DNA of 64,000 nucleotides from Chthoniobacter sp. (GTDB taxonomy: Bacteria; Verrucomicrobiota; Verrucomicrobiia; Chthoniobacterales; Chthoniobacteraceae). The notes below the pieces were generated by a model. That model searched no databases, was not told where the DNA came from, and worked only from the letters and a program-made list of their open reading frames with translations. The translations under genes were made by a program, and so were the position numbers. Below are positions 54,065 through 64,000 of this stretch, piece by piece; position 1 is the first letter of the stretch, and each line of letters begins with the position of its first letter. The stretch is taken from NCBI GenBank assembly GCA_034667665.1, contig JAXDQW010000039.1, positions 40,210-104,209 on the forward strand. Reading direction: 5' to 3'.

Positions 54065-55168
54065 CTAGCCCGAGCGCAACCGCTCAAAGTGGGCCAGGGC
54101 CATCCCGATGACCTGATCCATGTTGTAATAACGATACGTGGCGAGCCGGCCGACGAAGCTCACGCCACGCTCTTCCGCGGCCCGGGCGGCGTAACGTTGG
54201 TAGAGGGCCTTCGCGTCCGGCGCGGGGATCGGATAGTACGGCTCGCGGCCGGGACCGTAGTCCTGCGGGTATTCGCGGATGATCGTGGTCACGGGCAGAC
54301 GCTGGCCGGTGGCGTGCTTCATCTCGACGATGCGGGTGAAGTCGTGGTCGTTGGGATAATTGACCTGCATGGCCGGCTGGAAATATTCCTGCGCGAGCGT
54401 CTCGGGCTCGAAGCGCAGCGAGCGATACGGAAGCGGACCGAAGCAATGGTCGAAGTATTCGTCGATCGGGCCGGTGAAAATGAGCTGCCGGAAACGGATC
54501 TGCGCCCGCGCCTCGCGAAAGTCGGTGCGAAGACGGACCTCGATTTTCGGGTGCGCGAGCATTCGTTCGAACATCGGGGTGTAGCCGTCGGCGGGCAGGG
54601 CCTGAAATTTCTCGTTGAGGAAGCGGTCGTCGCGGTTGGTGCGGATCGGGATGCGGCCGCAGACGCTGGCGTCGAGGTCGCGGGGATCGCGGCGCCATTG
54701 CTTGCGCGTGTAGTTCTTGAAGAACATTTCGTAAAGGCGCTGCCCGACCTGCGCGAGGATGACCTCCTCGGAGTTTTGCGGCTGGTCGATGGGCACGCGC
54801 CATTGCGCGAGGGTCGCCTCCATTTCCTCCGTGGTGCTCGGGCGGCCGAGCAATTGCTCGAAGGTGTTGAGGTTGATCGGAAACTGCCAGTAACGCCCGT
54901 GCGTCCAGCTCAGGATCTTGTACTCGACCGGACGCCAGGTGGTGAACTGGCTTAGGTATTCGACGACGCGATTCGAGTTGGTGCGGAAGTAATGCGGACC
55001 GTAGGGATGAATGAGCACGCCCGCGGCGTCGGTTTGGTCATAGGCGTTGCCCGCGAGGTGAGCCCGGCGATCGATGACCAGGCAGGTGGCGTCGCACTGC
55101 GAGGCGAGCCGCTCGGCGAGCACGGCGCCGGCGAACCCGGCCCCGACGATGAGGTAGTCCCAAGTCAT
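54065..55168 (-). CDS. glf: UDP-galactopyranose mutase.
   Basis: 'YLIVGAGFAGAVLAERL', 'IDRRAHLAGNAYD', 'IHPYGPHYFRTN', 'GRLATYRYYNMDQ'. Confidence 0.92.
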   Translation of the reverse strand: MTWDYLIVGAGFAGAVLAERLASQCDATCLVIDRRAHLAGNAYDQTDAAGVLIHPYGPHYFRTNSNRVVEYLSQFTTWRPVEYKILSWTHGRYWQFPINLNTFEQLLGRPSTTEEMEATLAQWRVPIDQPQNSEEVILAQVGQRLYEMFFKNYTRKQWRRDPRDLDASVCGRIPIRTNRDDRFLNEKFQALPADGYTPMFERMLAHPKIEVRLRTDFREARAQIRFRQLIFTGPIDEYFDHCFGPLPYRSLRFEPETLAQEYFQPAMQVNYPNDHDFTRIVEMKHATGQRLPVTTIIREYPQDYGPGREPYYPIPAPDAKALYQRYAARAAEERGVSFVGRLATYRYYNMDQVIGMALAHFERLRSG

Positions 55169-55294
55169 GAGAAGCTCGAAGTCCTCGAAACAACCTCAAG
55201 CTAGCTCTGAAATCCCGAAGCCCGAAACGGGTTTCGCGGCGCCCGCTCCGATCGCTCTTCGTCGAATTAAAGCTGACCGGTGCGCGCGGCGCGC

Positions 55295-56134
55295 TCAGCT
55301 GCCGATCTTCGGCCCGTCGCCAATATCCTCCGGACCCGGGTTTTTGAGCTCGCGGATCCACAGGTTGCGAAAGCGCATCGGATTGCCGTGATCCTGGAGT
55401 TTGATCGGCCCCTTTTCGGCGTGCGGCTTGTAGGTGCCCACCTGCTTGTGCGGCGTGTCGCCGATCAGCGCGGTGTGATTTTGGGTGACGACGCCGTTGT
55501 GGAAGATGGTGACGTAAGCGGGCTTCTCGAGCTTGCCATCCTTGAAGCGGGGCCCGTCGAAAATGATGTCGTAGGTCTGCCACTCTCCGGGCTTGCGGGA
55601 AGCGTTCACCTGCGGAGGCATGTAACCGTAGATCGCGGTCGCCTGGCCGTCCGGATAGGTCGGGTTTTCATACGAATTCAGCACCTGGAGCTCGTATCGC
55701 CCAAACAGGAAGACGCCGCTGTTGCCCCGGCCCTGGCCGTCGCCGACCGGCGGCGGGGTGGCAAATTCCACGTGCAATTGCACATCGGGACCAAACTCAT
55801 CCTTGGTGAAGATGTCACCGGATTTGGGCACCACTTCGACGTAGCCGTTCTCGACCTTCCAGCCGGCTTCCTCGCCCTTGGCGGTGCGCCATTTCGAGAG
55901 GTCCTTGCCGTCCATCAACACGATCGCGTCGCTCGGGGCGGTCCCGACTTGTTCCGGCGTGCTCGGCTGGCCCGGCGTGACAATCGGTGGCTGCGGCCGC
56001 TCGCCGTCGTGCACGTGCCATTTGGTGCCGGGAATAATCGGGGTGTCCTGATAGCCGAGGCCTTTCCCTTCCGCGGCTGAAGCGATGGCCGCGAGGCTGC
56101 CAGTGAGGAGCACGATCAAAAGGGGGGATTTCAT
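55295..56134 (-). CDS. DUF1080 (3-keto-disaccharide hydrolase-like) secreted protein.
   Basis: Signal peptide; 'WKVENGYVEV', 'GNSGVFLFGRYELQVLNS', 'GPIKLQDHGNPMRFRNLWIREL'. Confidence 0.88.
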   Translation of the reverse strand: MKSPLLIVLLTGSLAAIASAAEGKGLGYQDTPIIPGTKWHVHDGERPQPPIVTPGQPSTPEQVGTAPSDAIVLMDGKDLSKWRTAKGEEAGWKVENGYVEVVPKSGDIFTKDEFGPDVQLHVEFATPPPVGDGQGRGNSGVFLFGRYELQVLNSYENPTYPDGQATAIYGYMPPQVNASRKPGEWQTYDIIFDGPRFKDGKLEKPAYVTIFHNGVVTQNHTALIGDTPHKQVGTYKPHAEKGPIKLQDHGNPMRFRNLWIRELKNPGPEDIGDGPKIGS

Positions 56135-56283
56135 AATTCAGTAAGCGAGAGGTGGTCGGACGGGGTGGATCGCCAAACGGCGAGGTCCTGTCATGCCCGC
56201 GCGCCCCGCGCGCAGCAATGCGAAAATGACGCTGGGTGCATTCGTCATTTCCTTCCGCACTGCACCCACAGAATCAACGGCCG

Positions 56284-56307
56284 CAAAGCGCGGAGACGAA
56301 ACCGCGC
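56284..56307 (-). terminator. Weak terminator-like hairpin after infA (GCGCGG, 8-nt loop, CCGCGC, then TTTG on the minus strand).
   Basis: Read directly. 6-bp GC stem ~20 nt after the infA stop, with a short T tract. Confidence 0.3.
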
Positions 56308-56325
56308 GATGGCGCGCCTTCCGCG

Positions 56326-56544
56326 CTAGCCGAGCCGATAAACGATCCGCGCCTTGTTCAGGTCGTAGGAGGACATCTCGATCTTCACCCGATCACCCGT
56401 CGTCAAGCGGATGAACCGCTTGCGCATCCGGCCCGAAATATGAGCGAGCACGAGATGTTTATTACCGAGCTCGACGCGGAACATGGTCCCGGCGAGCACT
56501 TGGGTGATTTTACCTTCAGTTTCGATGACTTCTTCTACGGGCAT
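56326..56544 (-). CDS. infA: Translation initiation factor IF-1.
   Basis: '[64 protein letters not shown]'. Confidence 0.97.
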   Translation of the reverse strand: MPVEEVIETEGKITQVLAGTMFRVELGNKHLVLAHISGRMRKRFIRLTTGDRVKIEMSSYDLNKARIVYRLG

Positions 56545-56782
56545 AATAGGGGCGACTGCGGCGCCGGGCGGGCGCGGGACGAATTACTGGCGGGGTACGA
56601 ACCTCCAGCGGGGTTGAATGCTTTCCAGGAAGCGCTCCAGGCGGCAAAGATGCCGCACGAAGGGTCGCGACCATCGCCCCGCCCGTGGGCATTGCAAGGA
56701 TTAGTCTCGAAAACGCACGCGCCCGGCACCTGACGTTACTATCAGGCATCTCCGGAACGTCGCGGATCGCAGCCTTCCCAAG

Positions 56783-57514
56783 CTAGTACTTGAGCACTTT
56801 GGAGAGGAAGTCGCGGGTGGTTGGTTGGGTGGGCCGGTCCAGCACGGTCTCCACCGCGCCGGATTCGATGATGGAGCCGTCCGCGAGGAAGGCCACGTGA
56901 TCGGCGACCCGACGGGCGAAGGCCATTTGATGCGTCACCAGGATCAGCTCACGCCCTTCGTCGCGCAATTCTTCGATGGTGCTCAGGACCTCGACGGTCA
57001 TTTCCGGATCGAGCGCCGAGGTGGGTTCGTCGAAGAGGAGCAGGCGCGGCTTGATCGAGATGGCGCGGGCGATGGCGACGCGTTGACGCTGGCCGCCGGA
57101 GAGCTCGGCCGGCTTTTTCGCGGCATGATTCTCGAGCCGAAATCTCTTCAGCAAATCGCGCGCAGTCTGCTCCGCCTCACCCTTCGATTGGCCGTGGACC
57201 TTTTCGAGCGGGAGCGCGATGTTCGCGAGGGCACTGAGATGGGGAAACAGATTGAACGCCTGGAAGACGGTGCCGACCGTTCGGCGGTGCTCGAGCCGTT
57301 CGCGCTCGGAGTGGCCGAGCCGCTGGCCATTGATGGTCACGCTTCCGGAATCCGCATCCTCGAGCCCGCCGATCACGCGCAGCAGGGTGGACTTGCCGCC
57401 GCCAGACGGGCCGATGAGCACCAGGCTGTGGACGTTGTCGCACCGGAGCGAAACGCGATCGAGGGCGCGATGGTCGCCGAAGCGCTTCGAGATGTTTTCG
57501 AGCTCAAGTTTCAA
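56783..57514 (-). CDS. Polar amino acid ABC transporter, ATP-binding protein.
   Basis: 'GPSGGGKSTLLR', 'LSGGQRQRVAIARA', 'LLLFDEPTSALDPE'. Confidence 0.93.
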   Translation of the reverse strand: MKLELENISKRFGDHRALDRVSLRCDNVHSLVLIGPSGGGKSTLLRVIGGLEDADSGSVTINGQRLGHSERERLEHRRTVGTVFQAFNLFPHLSALANIALPLEKVHGQSKGEAEQTARDLLKRFRLENHAAKKPAELSGGQRQRVAIARAISIKPRLLLFDEPTSALDPEMTVEVLSTIEELRDEGRELILVTHQMAFARRVADHVAFLADGSIIESGAVETVLDRPTQPTTRDFLSKVLKY

Positions 57515-58307
57515 AGCGGGCGCGGGCTTCGAGGTGGCGCGCCCAAAGCGAGATCGGCAGGGTCAGCGCGAGGTATCCGGCGGCCAGCGGAAGGTAGCTC
57601 TCGAAAGAGCTCAGCGTGTAGGAAGCGACCTCGCGCGCGTTCAGGGTGAACTCGCTGATGCCGATGATCATGAGCAGGGACGAGTCTTTGACCAGCGACA
57701 CGAATTGCCCGGCAAGCGGCGGCAGGGTCTGGCGGAGCGCCTGCGGAAAAATCACGTAACGATACGTCTGGGCCCGCGTAAAACCGACCGCTTGGGCCGC
57801 ATCGAGCTGCGATTTGCCGACGCTTTCAATGCCCGCCCGCATGATTTCGCTGATGTAAGCTCCGCTGAAAATCGAAAGAGTGACCACGCCGACCACGTAG
57901 CGGTTTTGCGCGCCAATGGCATCGGCGATGACGTAGAAGAAGATCAGTATCTGAACGAGTAACGGCGTCCCGCGAATCAGCTCGACGCAAATCTTCGCCA
58001 GATAGCTCAGGAGCAGAATGCGGCTGCGGCGGGCGAGCGCGGCGAGGAGGCCCAGGATGGTGCTGAGACCCAGCGCGGTAATCGCGATGAGAATGGTCGT
58101 CGCCCAACCGCGGAGGAATTTTTGCCGGTAGATGTAAACCGCCGCCCAATCCCAGCGATAAACCGAGCTGCGGAAGCAGAGATAGAACGCCGCGAAAAGG
58201 AGCGCCGTCGCGAGGGTGTAGTTGAAGAGACGAATGCCGGGCGCGGTCGCGCTGCGCTCAGGGCGCAAGAGGAGCGAGCGAAACGTCATCGAGGGCGCGT
58301 CCGTCAA
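57504..58307 (-). CDS. Amino acid ABC transporter permease (His/Glu/Gln/Arg/opine family).
   Basis: 'GAYISEIMRAGIESVGKSQLDAAQAVGFTRAQTYRYVIFPQALRQTLPPL' (EAA loop). Confidence 0.9.
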   Translation of the reverse strand: MTDAPSMTFRSLLLRPERSATAPGIRLFNYTLATALLFAAFYLCFRSSVYRWDWAAVYIYRQKFLRGWATTILIAITALGLSTILGLLAALARRSRILLLSYLAKICVELIRGTPLLVQILIFFYVIADAIGAQNRYVVGVVTLSIFSGAYISEIMRAGIESVGKSQLDAAQAVGFTRAQTYRYVIFPQALRQTLPPLAGQFVSLVKDSSLLMIIGISEFTLNAREVASYTLSSFESYLPLAAGYLALTLPISLWARHLEARARFET

Positions 58308-59101
58308 AAAAGAAACGGGATGCCGCGCTCGCGGAAGGCGGTCTTCTGTTCCTTCAGCCAGCGGTCGCCGAGTTCCTCGAAACCGCCGCGCGTCCGATAA
58401 TCGCGGATGAAGGCGTTGAACTGCCCGCGCAGCTCATCGTTCTCCTTGCGCACGCCAATCGCCCAGGCTTCCTCCTGAAACGGTTGGAGGATGGCCCGCG
58501 TGGTCTCCTGGTTTTTCTGCCAGTGCTTGAACGTCGAAATTTGGTCGTAGATGAACGCGTCGGCTTTGCCCTGCACCACTTCCAGGACGCACGAGTTTTC
58601 CTGATCCAAGACCCGCACTTGCGGAGCTTTCAGGTGCGCGGCGGCGTAGGTGTGCCCGGTCGTGCCCTGCTTGACGACGATGGTTCGGCCGGGACGATCG
58701 ACCTCGGAGATCGATTGAATCTCCGACCCCTTGCCCACGAGCAGGCACAACCCCGTGCGCAGATACGGCTCGGAAAAGGCAATCGTCCGGGCGCGCTCCT
58801 CCGTGGCGGTCATTGAGGAAAGGATCAGATCGATCTTGCCGGTCTTCAGCGATGGAATCAGCCCGTCGAAGGGGAGATTCTCGATCCGGACGGGCCGGTG
58901 CAGATACTCGCCCAGAGCGTGCGCGAGATCCACGCTCACGCCCGCCGGCTTGCCTTGCGCATCGGTCATCTCAAATGGCGGATAGGCCAGTTCCATGCCG
59001 ACGATCAGCTCATTGGAAAGCGGCTTCTTGCAGCCCGCGAGCAGGAGGCCGGCGGCCAGGAGGAGAAAGGCGGCGAACCGATGAGGCTTCAAGCCACCCA
59101 T
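58304..59101 (-). CDS. Family-3 solute-binding lipoprotein of the ABC transporter.
   Basis: 'FAAFLLLAAGLLLAGC' lipobox; 'YPPFEM', 'GKIDLILSSMTATEERA'. Start at M30 of the ORF-track ORF. Confidence 0.85.
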   Translation of the reverse strand: MGGLKPHRFAAFLLLAAGLLLAGCKKPLSNELIVGMELAYPPFEMTDAQGKPAGVSVDLAHALGEYLHRPVRIENLPFDGLIPSLKTGKIDLILSSMTATEERARTIAFSEPYLRTGLCLLVGKGSEIQSISEVDRPGRTIVVKQGTTGHTYAAAHLKAPQVRVLDQENSCVLEVVQGKADAFIYDQISTFKHWQKNQETTRAILQPFQEEAWAIGVRKENDELRGQFNAFIRDYRTRGGFEELGDRWLKEQKTAFRERGIPFLF

Positions 59102-59194
59102 CCTGTGCCAGTCGCCCGAGCGTTGTCGAATGTTCGCGGGGGTTAGGAGCACAGCCGGGAACGACTGTGCTCCGCGTTGGATCGGCAAAGCCGG

Positions 59195-60103
59195 CTACAG
59201 CTTGCCCCAGCGCTTGAGCAGCGTCTCCGCCATCACGGCCGGTGTGGCGGCGACGGCGATGCCGGCTTCCTGAAGCGCGGCGACCTTGCCGGCGGCGGTG
59301 CCTTTGCCGCCGGAGACGATGGCGCCGGCGTGACCCATGCGGCGTCCGGGCGGGGCGGTGGAGCCGGCGATGAAGGCAGCGATGGGTTTCTTGACGTGCT
59401 CTTTGGCCCACGCGGCGGCTTTTTCCTCAGCGTCGCCGCCGATCTCGCCGATCATGATGATGGCTTCCGTCTCCGGGTCGTCGTTGAACATTTTGAGCAC
59501 GTCGAGATGACTGGTGCCGTTGACGGGATCGCCGCCGATGCCCACGCAAGTGCTCTGGCCGAAACCGCGGGTGGTGAGCTGCCAGACGGCTTCGTAGGTC
59601 AGCGTGCCGCTGCGGGAAACGACGCCGACATTGCCGCGTTTGTGAATGTAGCCGGGCGCGATTCCGATGCGGCAACCGCCGTGGCTGTCCTTCCCGGTGC
59701 CGGGCGTAACGAGCCCGGGGCAGTTTGGGCCGATGAGCCGCGTGGGCTTGCCCTGCATCGAATACTTTACCCGCACCATGTCGTTGACCGGAATGCCCTC
59801 GGTAATGGCGACAACGAGATCGAGTCCGGCATCCACGCATTCGAGGATGGCATCGGCGGCGAAGGGCGGAGGGACGAAGATGACGCTGACCGTCGCGCCG
59901 GTTTCGCGCGCGGCTTCTTCCACGGTGTCAAAGATGGGCACGCGGTGCGCGCCGTGTTCGAAGATCTGCCCGCCTTTGCCCGGCGTGACGCCGGCGACGA
60001 GTTGGGTGCCGTAATCCAGCGAAAGCCGCGCGTGGCGCGAGCCAAAGTCGCCGGTCATGCCCTGGACGAGGATGCGGGTGGTGGGGGTAACGAGGATGGC
60101 CAT
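59195..60103 (-). CDS. sucD: Succinyl-CoA synthetase alpha subunit.
   Basis: '[15 protein letters not shown]', 'GVTPGKGG', 'SRSGTLTYE', 'GIGGDP', 'MGHAGAIV'. Confidence 0.96.
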   Translation of the reverse strand: MAILVTPTTRILVQGMTGDFGSRHARLSLDYGTQLVAGVTPGKGGQIFEHGAHRVPIFDTVEEAARETGATVSVIFVPPPFAADAILECVDAGLDLVVAITEGIPVNDMVRVKYSMQGKPTRLIGPNCPGLVTPGTGKDSHGGCRIGIAPGYIHKRGNVGVVSRSGTLTYEAVWQLTTRGFGQSTCVGIGGDPVNGTSHLDVLKMFNDDPETEAIIMIGEIGGDAEEKAAAWAKEHVKKPIAAFIAGSTAPPGRRMGHAGAIVSGGKGTAAGKVAALQEAGIAVAATPAVMAETLLKRWGKL

Positions 60104-60113
60104 GGGAAAGGAA

Positions 60114-60470
60114 TCAGTGATCGTGGCGGCGGTGAATGACGAGGCTGTTGCCATCGGGGTCGGAGATCACGGCCATGCGGCAGACCGGCGTGGGCATGGG
60201 CTCGACGCGAAAGACGACGCCCGCTGCGCGCAGCTCGGCGACGGCCGCGTCAAAGTTCTCGACTTCCAGGCCGACGGAACCGCCATCGGGGCTCGGCTTC
60301 CAGCCTTCAGCCATCCCGATGCCCAGGGTGTGCGGACCGATCTCGTACTCCACCCAATTCGGGTTGGGGGTCAGGGTCGCCTTCAGCCCAAGCATGCCTT
60401 CGTAAAAAGCCCGCGACCGGGCGAGATCCGTGACGGGGTAGGCGCTGAAAGCGATTTCAATAACTTTCAT
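60114..60470 (-). CDS. VOC/glyoxalase-family protein (118 aa).
   Basis: '[22 protein letters not shown]', '[20 protein letters not shown]', '[11 protein letters not shown]'. Confidence 0.8.
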   Translation of the reverse strand: MKVIEIAFSAYPVTDLARSRAFYEGMLGLKATLTPNPNWVEYEIGPHTLGIGMAEGWKPSPDGGSVGLEVENFDAAVAELRAAGVVFRVEPMPTPVCRMAVISDPDGNSLVIHRRHDH

Positions 60471-60530
60471 GGTCAGTCGATAGAATCGGGGATTCTTGGG
60501 CGCCAGGGCGATCAAGGGTGCGCCTTTTTT

Positions 60531-61718
60531 TTACGCGGCTGCTTTGACGGCGGCGACGATCTTCTCCGCGGCGTCCGCGATGTCGTCACCGGTGACCACC
60601 GCGAGACCGCTCTCGGCCAGCGTTCGTTTGCCGGCCGCGACATTGTTGCCTTCGAGCCGGACGACCAGCGGGAGGGTTAGGTGGGTTTCCTTGGCCGCGG
60701 CGAGGATGCCCGTGGCGATGACATCGCAATCCATGATGCCGCCGAAAATGTTGACCAGAATCCCTTTCACATTGGGGTCGCTGAGAATGATCTGGAAGGC
60801 CGCCGCGACCTGCTCCTTGCTGGCGCCACCGCCCACGTCGAGGAAGTTGGCCGGCCGCCCGCCGCAGTGTTGAATGATATCCATCGTGGCCATGGCGAGG
60901 CCGGCGCCGTTGACGAGGCAGGCGATGTTTCCGTCGAGGCCGATGTAATTCAGGTTGAACTCGGAAGCGGCCACCTCGCGCGGATCCTCCTCGCTCTTGT
61001 CGCGCATGGCCACGATTTCCGGCTGACGGTAGAGCGCGTTGTCGTCAAAGTTGAACTTCGCATCGAGCGCCACAAGGCGGCCATCGGGGGTGACGACGAG
61101 CGGATTGACTTCAATTTGCGAACAATCGCGCGCCAGGAAGAGCTTGAACATCGCGCTGAAAAGTTTGGCCGCCTGGCCAATGAGCGGGCCGTTCAGGCCG
61201 AGCTTTTTCGCGAGCTTGCGCGTCTGGTACGGCTGGAGGCCGAGCGTCGGATGGACGGACTCGTGGAAAATCTTGTCCGGGGTGTGCTCGGCGACGTGCT
61301 CGATATCCATGCCGCCCTCGGTGCTGGCAATGATCACCGGGGCGCTGCTGGCGCGATCGAGGAGAATGGCGAAGTAAAGCTCGCGCGCGATGTCGAGGGC
61401 TTCGACCACGAGCACTTTGCTGACCAGCTTGCCCTCCGGGCCGGTCTGATGCGTGACGAGCGTCTGCCCGAGCATCTTGCCCGCGACCTCCCGGGCGGCC
61501 TCAGGAGAATCGACGAGGTGCACCCCGCCCTTGAAACCGTTCTTGAAGGTGCCTTTGCCGCGCCCGCCGGCGTGCACCTGCGCCTTCACGACGATTTTGG
61601 TGCCGAGCCCTTTGGCGACGGTGAAGGCTTCCTCCGGGGTCGTGGCGACTTGTCCTTTGGAGGTGGCCACGCCGAATTTTTCGAAGAGCTCGCGGGCCTG
61701 ATATTCGTGGATGTTCAT
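60531..61718 (-). CDS. sucC: Succinyl-CoA synthetase beta subunit (ADP-forming).
   Basis: '[17 protein letters not shown]', '[13 protein letters not shown]', '[11 protein letters not shown]', '[11 protein letters not shown]'. Confidence 0.96.
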   Translation of the reverse strand: MNIHEYQARELFEKFGVATSKGQVATTPEEAFTVAKGLGTKIVVKAQVHAGGRGKGTFKNGFKGGVHLVDSPEAAREVAGKMLGQTLVTHQTGPEGKLVSKVLVVEALDIARELYFAILLDRASSAPVIIASTEGGMDIEHVAEHTPDKIFHESVHPTLGLQPYQTRKLAKKLGLNGPLIGQAAKLFSAMFKLFLARDCSQIEVNPLVVTPDGRLVALDAKFNFDDNALYRQPEIVAMRDKSEEDPREVAASEFNLNYIGLDGNIACLVNGAGLAMATMDIIQHCGGRPANFLDVGGGASKEQVAAAFQIILSDPNVKGILVNIFGGIMDCDVIATGILAAAKETHLTLPLVVRLEGNNVAAGKRTLAESGLAVVTGDDIADAAEKIVAAVKAAA

Positions 61719-61811
61719 GGGGGAGGTGAAGTTGTTAGTGGAAACTCAAGCGGCGCTGCAAGCTTATCGGACGACCTGCGGGATTCACCCCACCCTCAGC
61801 CCATCGCCATT

Positions 61812-62414
61812 TTACGAGCCGGTGCCGACGTATTCCGCGGTGTAGGTTTCAAACTTCGCGGTGCCGCCCACCGGTGGAGTGCTCTTCACGTCGTAAACGT
61901 TGTTGCCCACGATTTCCTGCGTCTCGGTATCGAAGATGACGACGCTCTTTTTCGCCTGCGGCGCCGTCCGCTCGTCCTTTTCGGTATCCACGGCGATGTA
62001 CCGCGGCAGTTTCCTCGGCGCGGCCGCTTTTTTGGCGACTTCAGCTTTTTTGGTGGGCACCGGTTTTCCGGCAGCGGTGGCAGCTTTTTTTTCCGGCACG
62101 GTTGCGCGCGCCTGGCTGGCGCGGAGGCGGGCGACCGCGACGCGCGCCCGCGCCTGGGCGATTTGGCGCTGACGCTCGGTGGCTTGATGCTTCGCGATGA
62201 TGACGATTGTGGCGGTCACGATCGCACCGCCCGCGGAACCGGTGGCCTGGGACTCCGCGCTGGTGGTCGCCCCGGCGTGCGCGAGGTCGCCGGCGATGAC
62301 GGCGCCGTTGCTCCCGAAAACGCCGGTCTGCCCCGGAGGCAGATCGGCACAGCCTGCAACAAGGAGGGCCGCGCAGATGGCAACCGAGGTGGCGGAGAGA
62401 GTCGCGGGGGTCAT
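61812..62414 (-). CDS. Lipoprotein with a Lys/Ala-rich linker (200 aa).
   Basis: 'MTPATLSATSVAICAALLVAGC' lipobox. No family recognised. Confidence 0.6.
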   Translation of the reverse strand: MTPATLSATSVAICAALLVAGCADLPPGQTGVFGSNGAVIAGDLAHAGATTSAESQATGSAGGAIVTATIVIIAKHQATERQRQIAQARARVAVARLRASQARATVPEKKAATAAGKPVPTKKAEVAKKAAAPRKLPRYIAVDTEKDERTAPQAKKSVVIFDTETQEIVGNNVYDVKSTPPVGGTAKFETYTAEYVGTGS

Positions 62415-62594
62415 GAGGCGGTTTGTATCGGGCGTGCCGCAGCCGCGCAAGGCAGGACTCTCACGGAAGGGAGGGCGCTGCGGGACGGCGTTCCCGAGAC
62501 CGACTCGAGGCACTGCGCTGGCGACATCGGCGGGTCGTGCGCGCGATCTCCGAGGTGCTGACGTTCCGCCCCGGTGTGACCGCCCGGCAATTCA

Positions 62595-64000
62595 TCACGG
62601 GGCTGACTCGGCTTTCGGCAGCGCGAAGGCCACCAGGCGTCCGCCCGCGGGGCGGCCGGATTTGCCACCGCCGGCGGAGATGACGACGAACTGGCGGTCG
62701 CCGGCCAGGTAGGTGCTCGGGGTGGCATTGCCGCCGAAGGGAAGTTCGGCTCGCCATAGGACAGCGCCGGTGTCTTTGTCGAAAGCGCGGATGGTTTCAT
62801 CCGCGGTGGCGCCGATGAAGATGAGGCCGCCGGCGGTCACCGCGGGGCCGCCGTAGTTCTCGGTGCCGGTCGCAGCGACGACGCGCTGTTTCAGTTCCTT
62901 GTATTCGCCGAGCGTGACCTTCCATTTCAGCTCGCCGGTATTCACATCGACCGCGTTGAGCGTGCCCCAGGGCGGCTTGATCGCGGGGTAACCTTCGGCG
63001 TCGAGATAGCGGTGGAAGCCGCCAAAGGCGTAGGGCGGCGATTTGTCCTCGACGCTGCGTGCGGAGGCGACCTCATCACGGCTGGCGGAGAGCTGCTTTT
63101 TGACGCCGGTGATGTAGTCGAGGATGCCGTCGCGGTCGGAGTCGGAGAGCCGATCAAAGGCGGGCATGCGGCCGGCGCCTTGCTTGGTGACGAGGGCGAT
63201 CTGGTCGCGAGTCTTGCGCTTTTCCACGTCGATGAGCGAAGGGAAGCCGCCGGCGAGATTGCCTTTGCGATCCAGGCCGTGGCAGGGGCCGCAGTTGAGC
63301 ATGTAATCGCGCTCGCCGCGCGGAAGTGGTGAGCCATCGGCTCGCCGGGTTTCGACCATCTGCATGATCCACGGCATTTCGTTGACGTTGACGTAGTAGA
63401 TGCCGTCCGGATCGGCCGCGCCGCCGCCCCATTCCATACCGCCATCGAACCCGGGGAACATGACCGTTTCCTGCACGCTGGGCGCGGGGAAGGGACCGAG
63501 GTTTGGCGAGCGGCGGATGCGTTCGAGAGTGGAGGCGCGGGCGAGCGGCGAGAGGTCGGAGATGTCGTCCTCGGTGTAGCTTTGGCGCATGAGCGGTGCG
63601 GGCTTGGTGGGGAAGGGCTGAGTGGGCGAAGCCGCTTCGCCGCGGAGGGTGGAAGCGGGAGTCGGCTTTTCCTCGATGGGCCAAAGCGGGGTGCCGGTCA
63701 CGCGATCAAACACGAAGAGCAGGCCTTGCTTGGTGCCTTGGGCGACGGCGTCCACGTTCCGGCCATCGTGCTTCACCGTGAGGAGGACGGGCGCGCAGGG
63801 AAGATCCCGATCCAGCAGATCGTGGTGAACGATCTGGTAATGCCAAAGGCGCCGCCCAGTCGCGGCGTCCAGTGCCACGAGGCAATTGGCGAAAAGGTTC
63901 TGGCCGCGGCGTGCGCCGCCGTAGAAATCGGGCTCTGCAGTTTTGGTGGCGATGTAAACGATGCCGCGCTTTTCATCGAGGGCCTGGCCGCACCAGGGCA
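62595..64000 (-). CDS. PQQ-dependent dehydrogenase-like beta-propeller with an inserted c-type cytochrome motif. The 5' part lies outside the window.
   Basis: The frame stays open to the window edge ('...QALDEKRGIVYIATKTAEPDFYGGARRGQNLFANCLVALDAATGRRLWHYQIVHHDLLDRD'). 'LNCGPCHGLD' CxxCH. C-terminal blades 'GLIFIGATADETIRAFDKDTGAVLW'. Confidence 0.8.
   Translation of the reverse strand, partial: PWCGQALDEKRGIVYIATKTAEPDFYGGARRGQNLFANCLVALDAATGRRLWHYQIVHHDLLDRDLPCAPVLLTVKHDGRNVDAVAQGTKQGLLFVFDRVTGTPLWPIEEKPTPASTLRGEAASPTQPFPTKPAPLMRQSYTEDDISDLSPLARASTLERIRRSPNLGPFPAPSVQETVMFPGFDGGMEWGGGAADPDGIYYVNVNEMPWIMQMVETRRADGSPLPRGERDYMLNCGPCHGLDRKGNLAGGFPSLIDVEKRKTRDQIALVTKQGAGRMPAFDRLSDSDRDGILDYITGVKKQLSASRDEVASARSVEDKSPPYAFGGFHRYLDAEGYPAIKPPWGTLNAVDVNTGELKWKVTLGEYKELKQRVVAATGTENYGGPAVTAGGLIFIGATADETIRAFDKDTGAVLWRAELPFGGNATPSTYLAGDRQFVVISAGGGKSGRPAGGRLVAFALPKAESAP

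Overview
High-GC bacterial chromosomal window (GC judged by eye, not computed). Several families point to a Verrucomicrobiota/Planctomycetota-type genome: a Pirellula/Verrucomicrobium-type heme-binding dehydrogenase, DUF1080, a formylglycine sulfatase, and a PQQ propeller with an embedded CxxCH.

Main result: coordinates 1 to about 8487 are one end of an integrated element. It has split a comM/yifB Mg-chelatase-like ATPase gene inside its Walker A codons. The element ends with a large serine recombinase. Co-directional with it are two unknown genes and a 1338-aa protein that combines a WD40 propeller, a Roc-type GTPase, a COR-like region, a Zn ribbon, a TIR domain and a class III nucleotidyl cyclase with all catalytic residues. 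This is my top candidate for an undescribed ROCO/NLR-like conflict system with two nucleotide-based outputs.

The rest of the window is core genome:
- a sigma-70 factor and pyk
- an NRAMP(Met-less)/MgtE cation cluster
- an FAD oxidoreductase, GT-C and sulfatase block
- a copper-resistance cluster (TolC-like protein and multicopper oxidase)
- a kdpFABC operon with an N-terminal-only KdpD, two extra micro-ORFs and non-canonical regulators (histidine kinase, REC-TPR, sigma54 activator)
- glf, infA, an amino-acid ABC transporter, and sucCD split by a VOC gene

Two genes look inactivated: one by an in-frame TAG, one by a -1 frameshift in an A-run. Several dispersed intergenic repeat and hairpin families are present.

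All family calls come from motif recognition in the supplied translations. No database search was run. Repeat coordinates counted by hand may be off by 1-2 nt.
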